NCBI RefSeq assembly: GCF_014191985.1
Contig: NZ_JACHXI010000019.1
Location: 1-32,000 of the forward strand
Reading direction: 5' to 3'
Length of the DNA: 32,000 nt
Source: Azomonas macrocytogenes
Lineage (GTDB): Bacteria > Pseudomonadota > Gammaproteobacteria > Pseudomonadales > Pseudomonadaceae
The notes below the pieces were generated by a model. That model had not been told where the DNA came from, did no database searches, and worked only from the letters and a program-made list of their open reading frames with translations. Below are positions 9,005-17,330 of the stretch, piece after piece (within the stretch, counting starts at the first letter, position 1; every line of letters starts with the position of its first letter). Position numbers and translations under genes: made by a program.

Positions 9005-9982
9005 CTATTGGTGCTGTCTGAACCACGTCACCGCATCTTCCAGCGCCCTGCGGACCGGGCCAGGCGCGTAGCCGAGCTCGCGTTCGGCCTTGGCACTGGA
9101 GAAGAACATGCGTTTTTTGGACATGCGTACTTCCTCAACTGTCGCAATCGGCTGGGTTCCGGTCAGGCGCGCCCAGCTTTCCGCCAAATGGGCCACGGGC
9201 ATGACCACGGCATGCGGCAAGCGCCATCGGGGTGGTGCGCGTCCGGCAATGTCGGCGATCTCGACCAGCAACTCGCGCAGGCTGAGATTCTGACCACCCA
9301 GGATATAGCGCTCGCCCACCACACCATGCTGGAACGCCAGCCAGTGTCCCTCGGCCACATCGTCCACGTGCACGACGTTGAGGCCGGTATCCACATAGGC
9401 CGGCAGGCGCCCGGCGATGGCGTCGCGCACGATCCGGCCGGTGGGGGTGGGTTTGATATCGCGCGGTCCGATCGGGGTCGAAGGGTTGACGATCACTACC
9501 GGCAGCCCCTCGGCGGCGAACGTCCTGACCAGTTCTTCGGCAAGAAACTTGGAGCGCTTGTAGTGTCCGATCATGTCGCTCAGGCCCACTGCCGTGTTCT
9601 CGTCACCAGGGTGGCCATCTCCAGGAATGCCGAGGGTAGCGACACTGCTGGTATAGACGATACGCGGCACGCCAACCTGCCTGGCCGCTTCGAGTATGGC
9701 GCGTGTGCCCTCGACGTTAGCCTGGTAAAGCTGCTCGGGCACTGGTGCCCACAGCCTGTAATCGGCCGCCACATGGAACAGGGCATCGCAGTCGTCACAA
9801 GCGCGCTGCAGCGAAGCCGCTTGGGTAAGGTCGCCCTCGACGATTTGCACATCCAGGCCTTGCAAGTTGCGGCGATCAGAGGTTGCCCGTACCAGCACGC
9901 GAACCTGGCGGCCGTCGCGCAAGAGGCGGCGCACCACAGCCGAGCCGACAAAGCCGGTGGCTCCGGTCACCAGTATCTTCAC
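9005..9982 (-). CDS. hpnA: NAD-dependent sugar epimerase/dehydratase-family protein HpnA
   Basis: 325 aa. It begins MKILVTGATGFVGSAVVRRLL (Rossmann GxxGxxG), has the SDR catalytic YxxxK (YKRSK), and sits in the hopanoid cluster. Confidence 0.85.
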   Translation of the reverse strand: MKILVTGATGFVGSAVVRRLLRDGRQVRVLVRATSDRRNLQGLDVQIVEGDLTQAASLQRACDDCDALFHVAADYRLWAPVPEQLYQANVEGTRAILEAARQVGVPRIVYTSSVATLGIPGDGHPGDENTAVGLSDMIGHYKRSKFLAEELVRTFAAEGLPVVIVNPSTPIGPRDIKPTPTGRIVRDAIAGRLPAYVDTGLNVVHVDDVAEGHWLAFQHGVVGERYILGGQNLSLRELLVEIADIAGRAPPRWRLPHAVVMPVAHLAESWARLTGTQPIATVEEVRMSKKRMFFSSAKAERELGYAPGPVRRALEDAVTWFRQHQ

Positions 9983-10197
9983 GGCATCACCATCAGTAAA
10001 ATAGTCCTTAACTCAAGTGCCGGTGGGCACAGGTCCAGATCGGTGGTTATGGCACGATTAGGGCGTTTGCCGCCAGTCCTTGCCGAAGGATAAAGAATGC
10101 TGATATTCCCGAGCAGTGCATTTTTTTAGTATGTACTAAATTTTTCTATATAACTACATTATCTAATTTAGATAAAGAGGAAGGCTAAGGCATACCC
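9983..10197. promoter_or_regulatory. Divergent hpnA / sqs-shc promoter region with a very AT-rich core and two inverted repeats
   Basis: 215-bp spacer whose last 80 bp or so are extremely AT-rich compared with the flanks. Inverted repeats are TTTAGTA-TG-TACTAAA (10125-10140) and ATCTAA-T-TTAGAT (10161-10173). The SD AAGAGGAAGG precedes the sqs ATG. Confidence 0.45.
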
Positions 10198-11325
10198 ATG
10201 TTCGAACCTCAACTAGCTCCTGTGGCCTCAGAAAGTGGTGCCGATGCTTACCAAAACGCCATCCTTCCAAAAGTATCCAGAACCTTCGCACTGACTATCC
10301 CCCAGTTGCCGCCGCCACTACGCCGTGCGGTAACCAATGCTTATCTGCTGTGTCGAGCGGCCGATACCATTGAGGATGAGCCAGTGTTTTCTGCCGAGGA
10401 GAAGCGTCATTACGAGATCGCTTTCATTGATGCGGTGACCGGACGTATTGACCCGCAGTGCTTCGCGGCCGAACTCGCCCCCCTGCTTTCCCAGAAGACC
10501 TCGGAAGCTGAGCGTGATCTGCTCAGTCATCTGCCGCTGGTATTGCAGGTCACCCAGGACTTGAAGCCGGAGCAGCGCGAGGCGATCGTTAACTGCCTGA
10601 AGGTGATGTCTCACGGCATGCATGATTTTCAGCGCAACGTCGGCCTGCAAGGACTGGACACGCTGCGTGACATGGATTGCTACTGCTACTGCGTGGCTGG
10701 TGTGGTAGGCGAAATGCTGACCGAGTTGCTTATCGATTTCGATCCGGCCTTGGCCAGCCAACGCGAAACGCTGATGCGTCTGGCCGTTTCCTTCGGCCAG
10801 GGGCTACAGATGACGAATATCCTCAAGGACCAGTGGGAAGATTACAGTCGTGGCGTTTGCTGGTTGCCACGGGATGTATTTGCCCGGCATGGCGCGCGCT
10901 TGGGGGAACTGCAAGCCGGCCAGCAGGACGCGAACTACGCCAGTGCATTAACCGAACTCATCGGTGTGGCACATGCTCACCTGCGCCGCGCGCTGGAGTA
11001 CACGCTGATTATTCCGGCCAAGCACGCGGGCTTTCGCCGCTTCTGTCTGTGGAGCATCGGCCTGGCCGTGCTGACGCTACGCAAGTTGCAGAAAAATCTC
11101 GACTTCTCCGCTGGCGACCAAGTAAAGATATCGCGCAGGGCGGTAGCCTATACTGTCGCGTTCACCCGGCTGAGCGGAAAGAACAACACCGGCTTGCGCT
11201 GGCTGTTTGCGGCAGCCGCACGCAAGCTTCCGCTGACACCGCTGTCCGCGGAATGGAGCGCTTCTGCACATGCGCACCTTATTTGGCCCAAGAGCGCCAT
11301 CCCATACTTCGCCGAAACGGCCTAG
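10198..11325 (+). CDS. sqs: Squalene synthase (farnesyl-diphosphate farnesyltransferase), single-enzyme eukaryote-like type
   Basis: 375 aa with SRTFALTI (compare SQS SRSFA), the first Asp-rich motif AADTIEDE, and a second motif region NILKDQWEDYSRGVCWLP resembling NIIRDYLED...FWP of squalene synthases. It lies directly upstream of shc. Confidence 0.85.
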   Translation: MFEPQLAPVASESGADAYQNAILPKVSRTFALTIPQLPPPLRRAVTNAYLLCRAADTIEDEPVFSAEEKRHYEIAFIDAVTGRIDPQCFAAELAPLLSQKTSEAERDLLSHLPLVLQVTQDLKPEQREAIVNCLKVMSHGMHDFQRNVGLQGLDTLRDMDCYCYCVAGVVGEMLTELLIDFDPALASQRETLMRLAVSFGQGLQMTNILKDQWEDYSRGVCWLPRDVFARHGARLGELQAGQQDANYASALTELIGVAHAHLRRALEYTLIIPAKHAGFRRFCLWSIGLAVLTLRKLQKNLDFSAGDQVKISRRAVAYTVAFTRLSGKNNTGLRWLFAAAARKLPLTPLSAEWSASAHAHLIWPKSAIPYFAETA

Positions 11326-11360
11326 TGCAACTCTATTGACACAAGCGATGTGCTGCCATA

Positions 11361-13355
11361 ATGGAAAGTTCCTCCCTTCTTGCCTCGGCCATTGCCGATA
11401 GTGACTCTCGAGACTTCGAAGCGACTGATCTGGACCAAGCCATCGAGCGTGCCCGCGAGGCACTGCTCGCCTTGCAGCAGCCAGATGGGCACTGGTGCTT
11501 CGAGTTCGAGACCGACTGTACGATCTCGGCCGAGTACATCCTGATGATGCACTTTCTCGATGAAATCGACGACGTGCTGCAGGAAAAGCTGGCGCGCTAC
11601 ATCCGCCTCAAGCAGCGCCAGGATACCCATGGTGGCTGGCCGCTGTACCAGGACGGCGCACTCGACCTGTCCTGCACGGTCAAGGCCTACTATGCGCTGA
11701 AAGCGGCTGGCGACGTTCCGGAAATGCCGCACATGCGCCGTGCTCGTGAGGCGATCCTCGCCCAGGGGGGGGCGGCCAAAAGCAATGCCTTCACTCGTAT
11801 CCTGCTGGCCATGTTCGAGCAGGTACCCTGGCGCGCCGCGCCTTACGTGCCGGTGGAAATCATGTTGTTCCCCCGCTGGGCACCATTCCACCTGGACAAG
11901 ATTTCGTACTGGGCGCGCACTACCATGGTGCCGTTGCTCATCCTGTGTTCGCTGAAGGCCCGGGCGAAGAACCCACGCAACGTCGACGTGCGCGAATTGT
12001 TCGTGGTACCGCCGGAACAGGAACGGCACTATTTCTCCAGCAAGGGCTTTGTCAACAAACTCTTTCTGGTACTGGACAAGCTTGGCCGCGCCTGCGATCC
12101 GCTGATCCCGAACAGCGTGCGGCAAAAAGCGGTGAAGAAAGCCGAACAATGGTTCCTGCCGCGCCTTAACGGTGAGGACGGCCTCGGGGCGATCTTCCCG
12201 CCCATGGTCAACGCCCTGGAGGCGATGACTCTGCTCGGCTACCCCAAGGATCACCCGGCTCGCGCGACCTGCCTGAAGTCGCTGCAAAAACTGATCGTGG
12301 ATCGTGGCGATGGCACCGCCTACTGCCAGCCCTGCGTTTCGCCGGTGTGGGATACCGGCTGGGCCGCCATGGCCCTGCTGCGCGCCTCCAGCGATGAAGC
12401 GACCCAGGCCGCGGTGACCCGTGCGCTGGACTGGTTGGCGCCGTTGCAAGAGCTGGAGCTGAAGGGCGACTGGGCCGCACAGGCGCCTGATCTGGCACCC
12501 GGTGGCTGGGCCTTCCAGTATGCCAATGCCTACTATCCGGATCTGGACGACACGGCAGTGATTGCCGGTCTGATGCACGTCGCCCAGAGGAATACGGGCG
12601 AGCCGGAAAAGTATCGCGAGCGCATCGAACGAGCCGCAGACTGGCTGGTGGGCATGCAATCGGACAACGGCGGTTTCGCCGCCTTCGACCGCAACAATAC
12701 CCACTACCACATCAACCAGATTCCCTTCGCCGATCATGGCGCCATGCTCGACCCGCCCACCGAAGATGTTTCCGGCCGCGTGCTGGCTTTCCTGGGCGTA
12801 CTCAAGCGCGAGCAGGACAACGAGGCGATTCGACGCTGCGTAGCCTACCTGCAGCAAGCGCAACTGCCGGATGGTTCCTACTGGGGGCGTTGGGGTACCA
12901 ACTACATCTATGGCACCTGGTCGGTGCTGGCCGGACTGTCTCTGATCGGCGAGGACATGAGCCAGCCGTGGATCCGCAAGTCCATCGACTGGCTGAAAGC
13001 GAAGCAGCACGCCGATGGCGGCTGGGGCGAAACCAACGACAGCTATCTGGACCCCACTCTGCGCGGCAGCAACGGCGGCGTCAGTACCGCTCACACAACG
13101 GCGTGGGCTCTGCTCGGCTTGCTCGCGGCGGGTGAGTACGCCTGCGAAGCGGTGCGGCGGGGCATCCAGTGGTTGCTGGACGACCAGCAGGCCGCCGGCG
13201 AGCGCGAAGCCGGCTTGTGGTACCACCCCAGTTACAACGCACCGGGCTTTCCACGGGTGTTCTACCTCAAATACCACGGCTATACGGCCTACTTCCCGCT
13301 GTGGGCACTGGTCCGCTACCGGCAGTTATCGTCGGGTTCCCGGTCGCAGTCGTGA
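11361..13355 (+). CDS. shc: Squalene-hopene cyclase
   Basis: 664 aa with the catalytic DxDD motif (YPDLDDTAVIA) and multiple QW repeats (QQPDGHWCFE, RQDTHGGWPLY, MQSDNGGFAAF, QLPDGSYWGRWG, KQHADGGWGE). Confidence 0.95.
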   Translation: MESSSLLASAIADSDSRDFEATDLDQAIERAREALLALQQPDGHWCFEFETDCTISAEYILMMHFLDEIDDVLQEKLARYIRLKQRQDTHGGWPLYQDGALDLSCTVKAYYALKAAGDVPEMPHMRRAREAILAQGGAAKSNAFTRILLAMFEQVPWRAAPYVPVEIMLFPRWAPFHLDKISYWARTTMVPLLILCSLKARAKNPRNVDVRELFVVPPEQERHYFSSKGFVNKLFLVLDKLGRACDPLIPNSVRQKAVKKAEQWFLPRLNGEDGLGAIFPPMVNALEAMTLLGYPKDHPARATCLKSLQKLIVDRGDGTAYCQPCVSPVWDTGWAAMALLRASSDEATQAAVTRALDWLAPLQELELKGDWAAQAPDLAPGGWAFQYANAYYPDLDDTAVIAGLMHVAQRNTGEPEKYRERIERAADWLVGMQSDNGGFAAFDRNNTHYHINQIPFADHGAMLDPPTEDVSGRVLAFLGVLKREQDNEAIRRCVAYLQQAQLPDGSYWGRWGTNYIYGTWSVLAGLSLIGEDMSQPWIRKSIDWLKAKQHADGGWGETNDSYLDPTLRGSNGGVSTAHTTAWALLGLLAAGEYACEAVRRGIQWLLDDQQAAGEREAGLWYHPSYNAPGFPRVFYLKYHGYTAYFPLWALVRYRQLSSGSRSQS

Positions 13356-14083
13356 GGTTGCACTCGGTTGGCATCGTGGTGGCATTGAAGGCCGAAGCCG
13401 ATGCCTTTACGGCACAAGCATCGCGGCCTGAATGCCTCGTACCCCTCGCCGAAGGCTGCGGCTTGTTGCTGAGTGGTATGGGGCCGGGTGCGGCGCGGAA
13501 AGCGGCGCAGAACCTGGTCGATGCCGGAGCTCAGGCCCTGGCGACATTCGGTGTTGCTGGTGCCCTGGAGCCCGGCTTACGCAGCGGTACGCTACTCTGT
13601 CCGCAGCGCATACTTGATGAGAGTGGTCGTGTCTACACGGCTGACCCTGCCTGGCGTGACCGCTTGCAGCAGCGACTAACCTTGGCAGCGCTGCCGATGA
13701 TCACAGACGCCACCTTGCTCAGTCTGCCCGAACCATTATCCACTGCGACGGCGAAGATGGCCGCGCAGAGCCGCTACGCAGCAACGGCAGTGGATATGGA
13801 AAGCGCAGCGGTGGCGGCGGTAGCGGCGGATCGCGGTTTGCCCTTCGTCGCACTCCGTTCCATCATCGACGAGCGTGACGACATGCTTCCCGAGGCGTTG
13901 CAAGCTGCTATCGACCCTTGGGGACGACCACGGCCACTAAAGCTGATCGCTACTCTGGTACATCATCCATGGCTGCTGGCTCGCTTACCCGGGCTGTCTT
14001 CACGCATGGGCAAGGCCGTTCGCGCCCTACGCGCGGCGGCAGCGGCGGCAGGCGCCGGACTAGGTTTGCCAGGCCAGGGTTAG
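13352..14083 (+). CDS. hpnG: Hopanoid-associated phosphorylase/nucleosidase HpnG (PNP/MTAN fold)
   Basis: 243 aa from GTG 13352, which overlaps the shc stop (GTGA). It has IVVALKAEA at the N-terminus and VDMESAAVA, as in MTA/SAH nucleosidase-like proteins. The ORF-track start 13169 lies inside shc and is unlikely to be used. Confidence 0.8.
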   Translation: MRLHSVGIVVALKAEADAFTAQASRPECLVPLAEGCGLLLSGMGPGAARKAAQNLVDAGAQALATFGVAGALEPGLRSGTLLCPQRILDESGRVYTADPAWRDRLQQRLTLAALPMITDATLLSLPEPLSTATAKMAAQSRYAATAVDMESAAVAAVAADRGLPFVALRSIIDERDDMLPEALQAAIDPWGRPRPLKLIATLVHHPWLLARLPGLSSRMGKAVRALRAAAAAAGAGLGLPGQG

Positions 14084-14409
14084 AGGGCACTCTGGCTGTA
14101 GAAGCCACTGAAGGCTAAACAATGAGCATGCGAGCTCAGTCCACTTTCTCAGCGATTGTTGCTGTGACTGATAAGGCTCGTCTTGGCTATCTCGCTCACA
14201 TTTTCGACAGCCTGCAAGTCGGCCGATGCTTTAAATAAGGTAAACCTTCGACCGCTTGAATCAGGCAACAAGTCGCGTGACTTATCCCGAGTCGACCCGA
14301 CAACAGAGCCCAAGAATGATAAAGTCCGCCGCCGAATCTGGATGCCTGGCGCAGCCTTGGCCTTGCTACGGCAGACGGCAGCCAAGGCTCACGAAATAAT
14401 AGGGTTGTT

Positions 14410-17022
14410 ATGATTAGGATGGTGCGGCAATGTCTCGTATGGCTGGTGGATCGCAGTGGCCGCCACCCCTTTGTTGTCTTACTGTTGGCGATGCTGCTGG
14501 CTACGGCCAGCCTGATGGGGGCGTTTACCCATCTCAGCATCGATACCAATTCGGATCACCTGTTTTCCTCGCGTTTGCCTTGGCGTCAACAGAGCCTGGA
14601 GTTCGCCGGTCAGTTTCCGCAGTTCAGCGATACGCTCGTTGCTGTGGTGCGTGCTCCTACGGTGGAAGAAGCACGCGAAGCCGCGCTTGAATTGGCCGCT
14701 GGGCTGGCCACCGATCAGCGCCACGCGCGTTTGGTATCCACGCCTGGCATCAGTTCCTTCTTCGACCGTGAGGGCCTGCTGCTGCTGCCACCCGACGAAT
14801 TGGCCGACGTTCTCGATAGCATGTTGCAAGCCGGGCAACTGCTCGATCCGTTGGTTACCGATCCTTCCGCCCGTGGTTTGCTCAGGGGCCTGGACATGAT
14901 GGTCGAAGCCGTGCGCTATGGCATGGGCGACAGACTTTCGGGCTACGATACCGCGCTGGGCAGCATCACCAAGACCCTGGACGACGCCCAGGTTGGCCAG
15001 GTTTCGCCGTTGTCCTGGCAGGCCTTGCTGACTCCCCAGTTGACCGCTCGTAGCGGTGGCCTGGAGCTCGTGCTGATCCAGCCGGTGCTCGACTACGATG
15101 TCCTTGAGCCCGGTCAGGCGGCTACTCAGGCAATGCTGCGCATCGCCGCCGACCTGCCCGGCGTGAAAGCCGGGCGCGTCCAGGTAAACTACACAGGTTC
15201 AGTACCGTTGTCCGACGAGGAGTTTCGCTCCCTGACCGATCGGGCTGGCCCCATCGCCATCGGTGGTGCCTTACTGGTGGTTTTCTGGCTGGTGCTGGCC
15301 TTGCGCTCCTGGCGGCTTATTCTGCCAGTGGTACTTACCTTGGTAGTGGGCCTGTTCTGTACCCTGGGCTTTGCCGCTTTCGCGGTCGGCAGCTTGAACT
15401 TGATTTCGGTCGCCTTCGCCGTGCTGTTCGTCGGTCTCGCAGTCGATTTCGCCATCCAGTTCAGCGTGCGCCTGCATGCCCTGCAGCGCGGCGACCGGGA
15501 TTTTGCCGACACCCTGCACCAGACAGGCACTGAGGTAGGGGGGCAAGTCGGCCTGGCCGCGCTGGCGACCGCCTGTGGTTTCCTCGCTTTTGCGCCGACT
15601 CAGTTCACCGGCATGGCCGAATTGGGCATCATCGCCGGCGTCGGCATGCTGTTGGCCTTGCTGTGTACTTTAACGGTGCTGCCAGCGCTGCTGGGTTTAC
15701 TGGCGCGGAGGGTGCACCTCACGGATGCCGCATTGCCGGGTGGAGCCGCCGCTGATGCCTGGTTGGCGCATCGCCACAGGCCGGTCCTGCTCGCCTTCGT
15801 GTTACTGGCTCTGGTTGGTCTGTGGAGCGCCATCAGCATCCCCTTCGATGCCAATCCACTGCACACCAAGCGCGCGGACAGCGAGGCCATGCAGACCTTG
15901 AGTGCGCTGATGGACGACCCGAATACCAACCCTTTCACCTTGAACGTGCTGGTCGAGGATCTCGCGGCTGCACGCACTCTGGGCGCGCGCCTGGGCGCGT
16001 TACCCGAAGTGGCACAGGTGGTTTCCGCCGCCGATTTCGTCCCCGAGGATCAAACCGATAAGCTCGGCCAGATCGACGAAGCCATGGATTTGCTGTACTC
16101 GGTGCTGAGCCCCCAGGATGTGAAGTCGCCCCCCACGGTCGATGACTTGCGCATGGCCGCGCGCGACTCCAGCGCGGCGATTGCCAGCGTCGCCGGAAAA
16201 TTGCCTGCGGATTCGGCGTTGCTTCGCATCGGCGAGTCACTGGGCCGGCTGGCGCAAACACCGGACAATCTTCTGACAACGGCCAACCAGGAGCTGTCGC
16301 GGTTCTTGCCGGAGACCTTCAAGCGTTTGAGTGATGCGCTGTCCGCTCAGCGCATCACTCTGGAGAGTCTGCCGGAGGAACTCAAGCGCGACTGGTTCAG
16401 CCGCGATGGTCGGGTGCGGATTCAGTTGACACCGGGCGATGAGGCGCAAAATACCGCAGGGCTGCGCCGTTTCGTCCAAGCCGTCCTGGCGGTCGCGCCG
16501 CAGGCTGTCGGCCCGGCGCTGGATACTGTCAAATCGGCTGACACGATTCTGCAAGCTTTCCAGCATGCAGCCATTTACGCCACGCTGGCTATCGCCGTGG
16601 TGCTGATGGTAGTGCTGCGCCGGGTTCTCGATGCCGCTCTGGTGATGGCGACCTTGCTAATGTCGGCCTTGTTGACGGCGCTGCTGGCGCATCTGCTCGG
16701 TATTTCGCTCAACTTCGCCAATATCATCGCGTTGCCGCTGCTGCTGGGGGTGGGCGTTTCCTTCAACGTCTATTTCGTCATGAACTGGCGCAGTGGCATA
16801 CGCCAGTTCCTGGATTCGCCCACTGCCCGCGCGATCCTGTTTTCGGCGCTGACCACCGGTACTGCCTTCGGCAGCCTGGCGATAGCGCGCCATCCCGGTA
16901 CGGCCAGCATGGGCTTGTTGCTGCTGCTGAGCCTGTTCGCCGTGCTGCTGTCGACCTTCGTGTTTCTGCCCGCCTTGCTGTATCGGCTTTCTCGATCTGA
17001 TCCATCCGGGGCAGAGCGTTGA
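14410..17022 (+). CDS. hpnN: RND/MMPL-family hopanoid transporter HpnN
   Basis: 870 aa with two blocks of about 6 TM helices, each preceded by a large soluble loop (RND architecture). It follows shc-hpnG, and AGGG lies 5 nt upstream of the ATG. Confidence 0.85.
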   Translation: MIRMVRQCLVWLVDRSGRHPFVVLLLAMLLATASLMGAFTHLSIDTNSDHLFSSRLPWRQQSLEFAGQFPQFSDTLVAVVRAPTVEEAREAALELAAGLATDQRHARLVSTPGISSFFDREGLLLLPPDELADVLDSMLQAGQLLDPLVTDPSARGLLRGLDMMVEAVRYGMGDRLSGYDTALGSITKTLDDAQVGQVSPLSWQALLTPQLTARSGGLELVLIQPVLDYDVLEPGQAATQAMLRIAADLPGVKAGRVQVNYTGSVPLSDEEFRSLTDRAGPIAIGGALLVVFWLVLALRSWRLILPVVLTLVVGLFCTLGFAAFAVGSLNLISVAFAVLFVGLAVDFAIQFSVRLHALQRGDRDFADTLHQTGTEVGGQVGLAALATACGFLAFAPTQFTGMAELGIIAGVGMLLALLCTLTVLPALLGLLARRVHLTDAALPGGAAADAWLAHRHRPVLLAFVLLALVGLWSAISIPFDANPLHTKRADSEAMQTLSALMDDPNTNPFTLNVLVEDLAAARTLGARLGALPEVAQVVSAADFVPEDQTDKLGQIDEAMDLLYSVLSPQDVKSPPTVDDLRMAARDSSAAIASVAGKLPADSALLRIGESLGRLAQTPDNLLTTANQELSRFLPETFKRLSDALSAQRITLESLPEELKRDWFSRDGRVRIQLTPGDEAQNTAGLRRFVQAVLAVAPQAVGPALDTVKSADTILQAFQHAAIYATLAIAVVLMVVLRRVLDAALVMATLLMSALLTALLAHLLGISLNFANIIALPLLLGVGVSFNVYFVMNWRSGIRQFLDSPTARAILFSALTTGTAFGSLAIARHPGTASMGLLLLLSLFAVLLSTFVFLPALLYRLSRSDPSGAER

Positions 17023-17243
17023 TCGCAGAGAACTGCTCTTGACTACCCAAGACAAGATGTGGGCGGCCTGTCGCTGCTCCGTCTTGCAACGGTATTGAAC
17101 CGCTACGGTATCGATATCACGTTTCAGAAAACTTCAAGGAGACGTCACTATTCCTTCATAAGGAATTTTTACATTTGCGGCATGGTCATTGTTCGACGGT
17201 TATTGTTTAAATGCCTCGATAACACTAAGAAAAGGAGTCATCA

Positions 17244-17330
17244 ATGGACGATTATCAAGAAGAACTTCTCGAATGGCATGCTGATGAGCAGGATCATCCA
17301 GACGGAGCGGATGATGCTACTGAGCTGTAA
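17244..17330 (+). CDS. Candidate 28-codon acidic micro-ORF (MDDYQEELLEWHADEQDHPDGADDATEL)
   Basis: Near-consensus SD AAAGGAG (17231-17237) lies 6 nt before the ATG, inside an AT-rich spacer. I recognise no homolog, and codon usage is AT3-rich, unlike the neighbours. Speculative. Confidence 0.3.
   Translation: MDDYQEELLEWHADEQDHPDGADDATEL

Noticed and set aside
11322-13277. 651-aa ORF antisense to shc. Similar long antisense ORFs occur at 8789-10093 (+, opposite hpnA), 4963-5802 (-, opposite hpnJ), 25400-26605 and 26741-27706 (-, opposite pepN), and 19938-20759 / 19984-20847 (-, opposite the PLP enzyme).
   Set aside because: Each lies opposite a gene with clear family motifs. Their translations are R/A/G/P/Q-rich, low-complexity and without recognisable motifs. 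Stop-free antisense frames are an expected by-product of high GC3 coding sequence.
14347-14361. Sigma-54-like promoter element TGGCGC-N5-TGGC upstream of hpnN.
   Set aside because: It has two mismatches in the conserved core (TGGCAC-N5-TTGC) and no enhancer-binding-protein gene nearby. This is too weak to annotate as a promoter.
14122-14413. Small ORFs in the hpnG-hpnN gap: a 38-aa plus-strand ORF (14122-14238), a 76-aa plus-strand ORF (14183-14413) and a 78-aa minus-strand ORF (14149-14385).
   Set aside because: They are mutually overlapping or antisense, their codon usage is unlike the neighbours, and they have no motifs and at best a weak SD. They are not reported as genes; the gap itself is reported as a finding.
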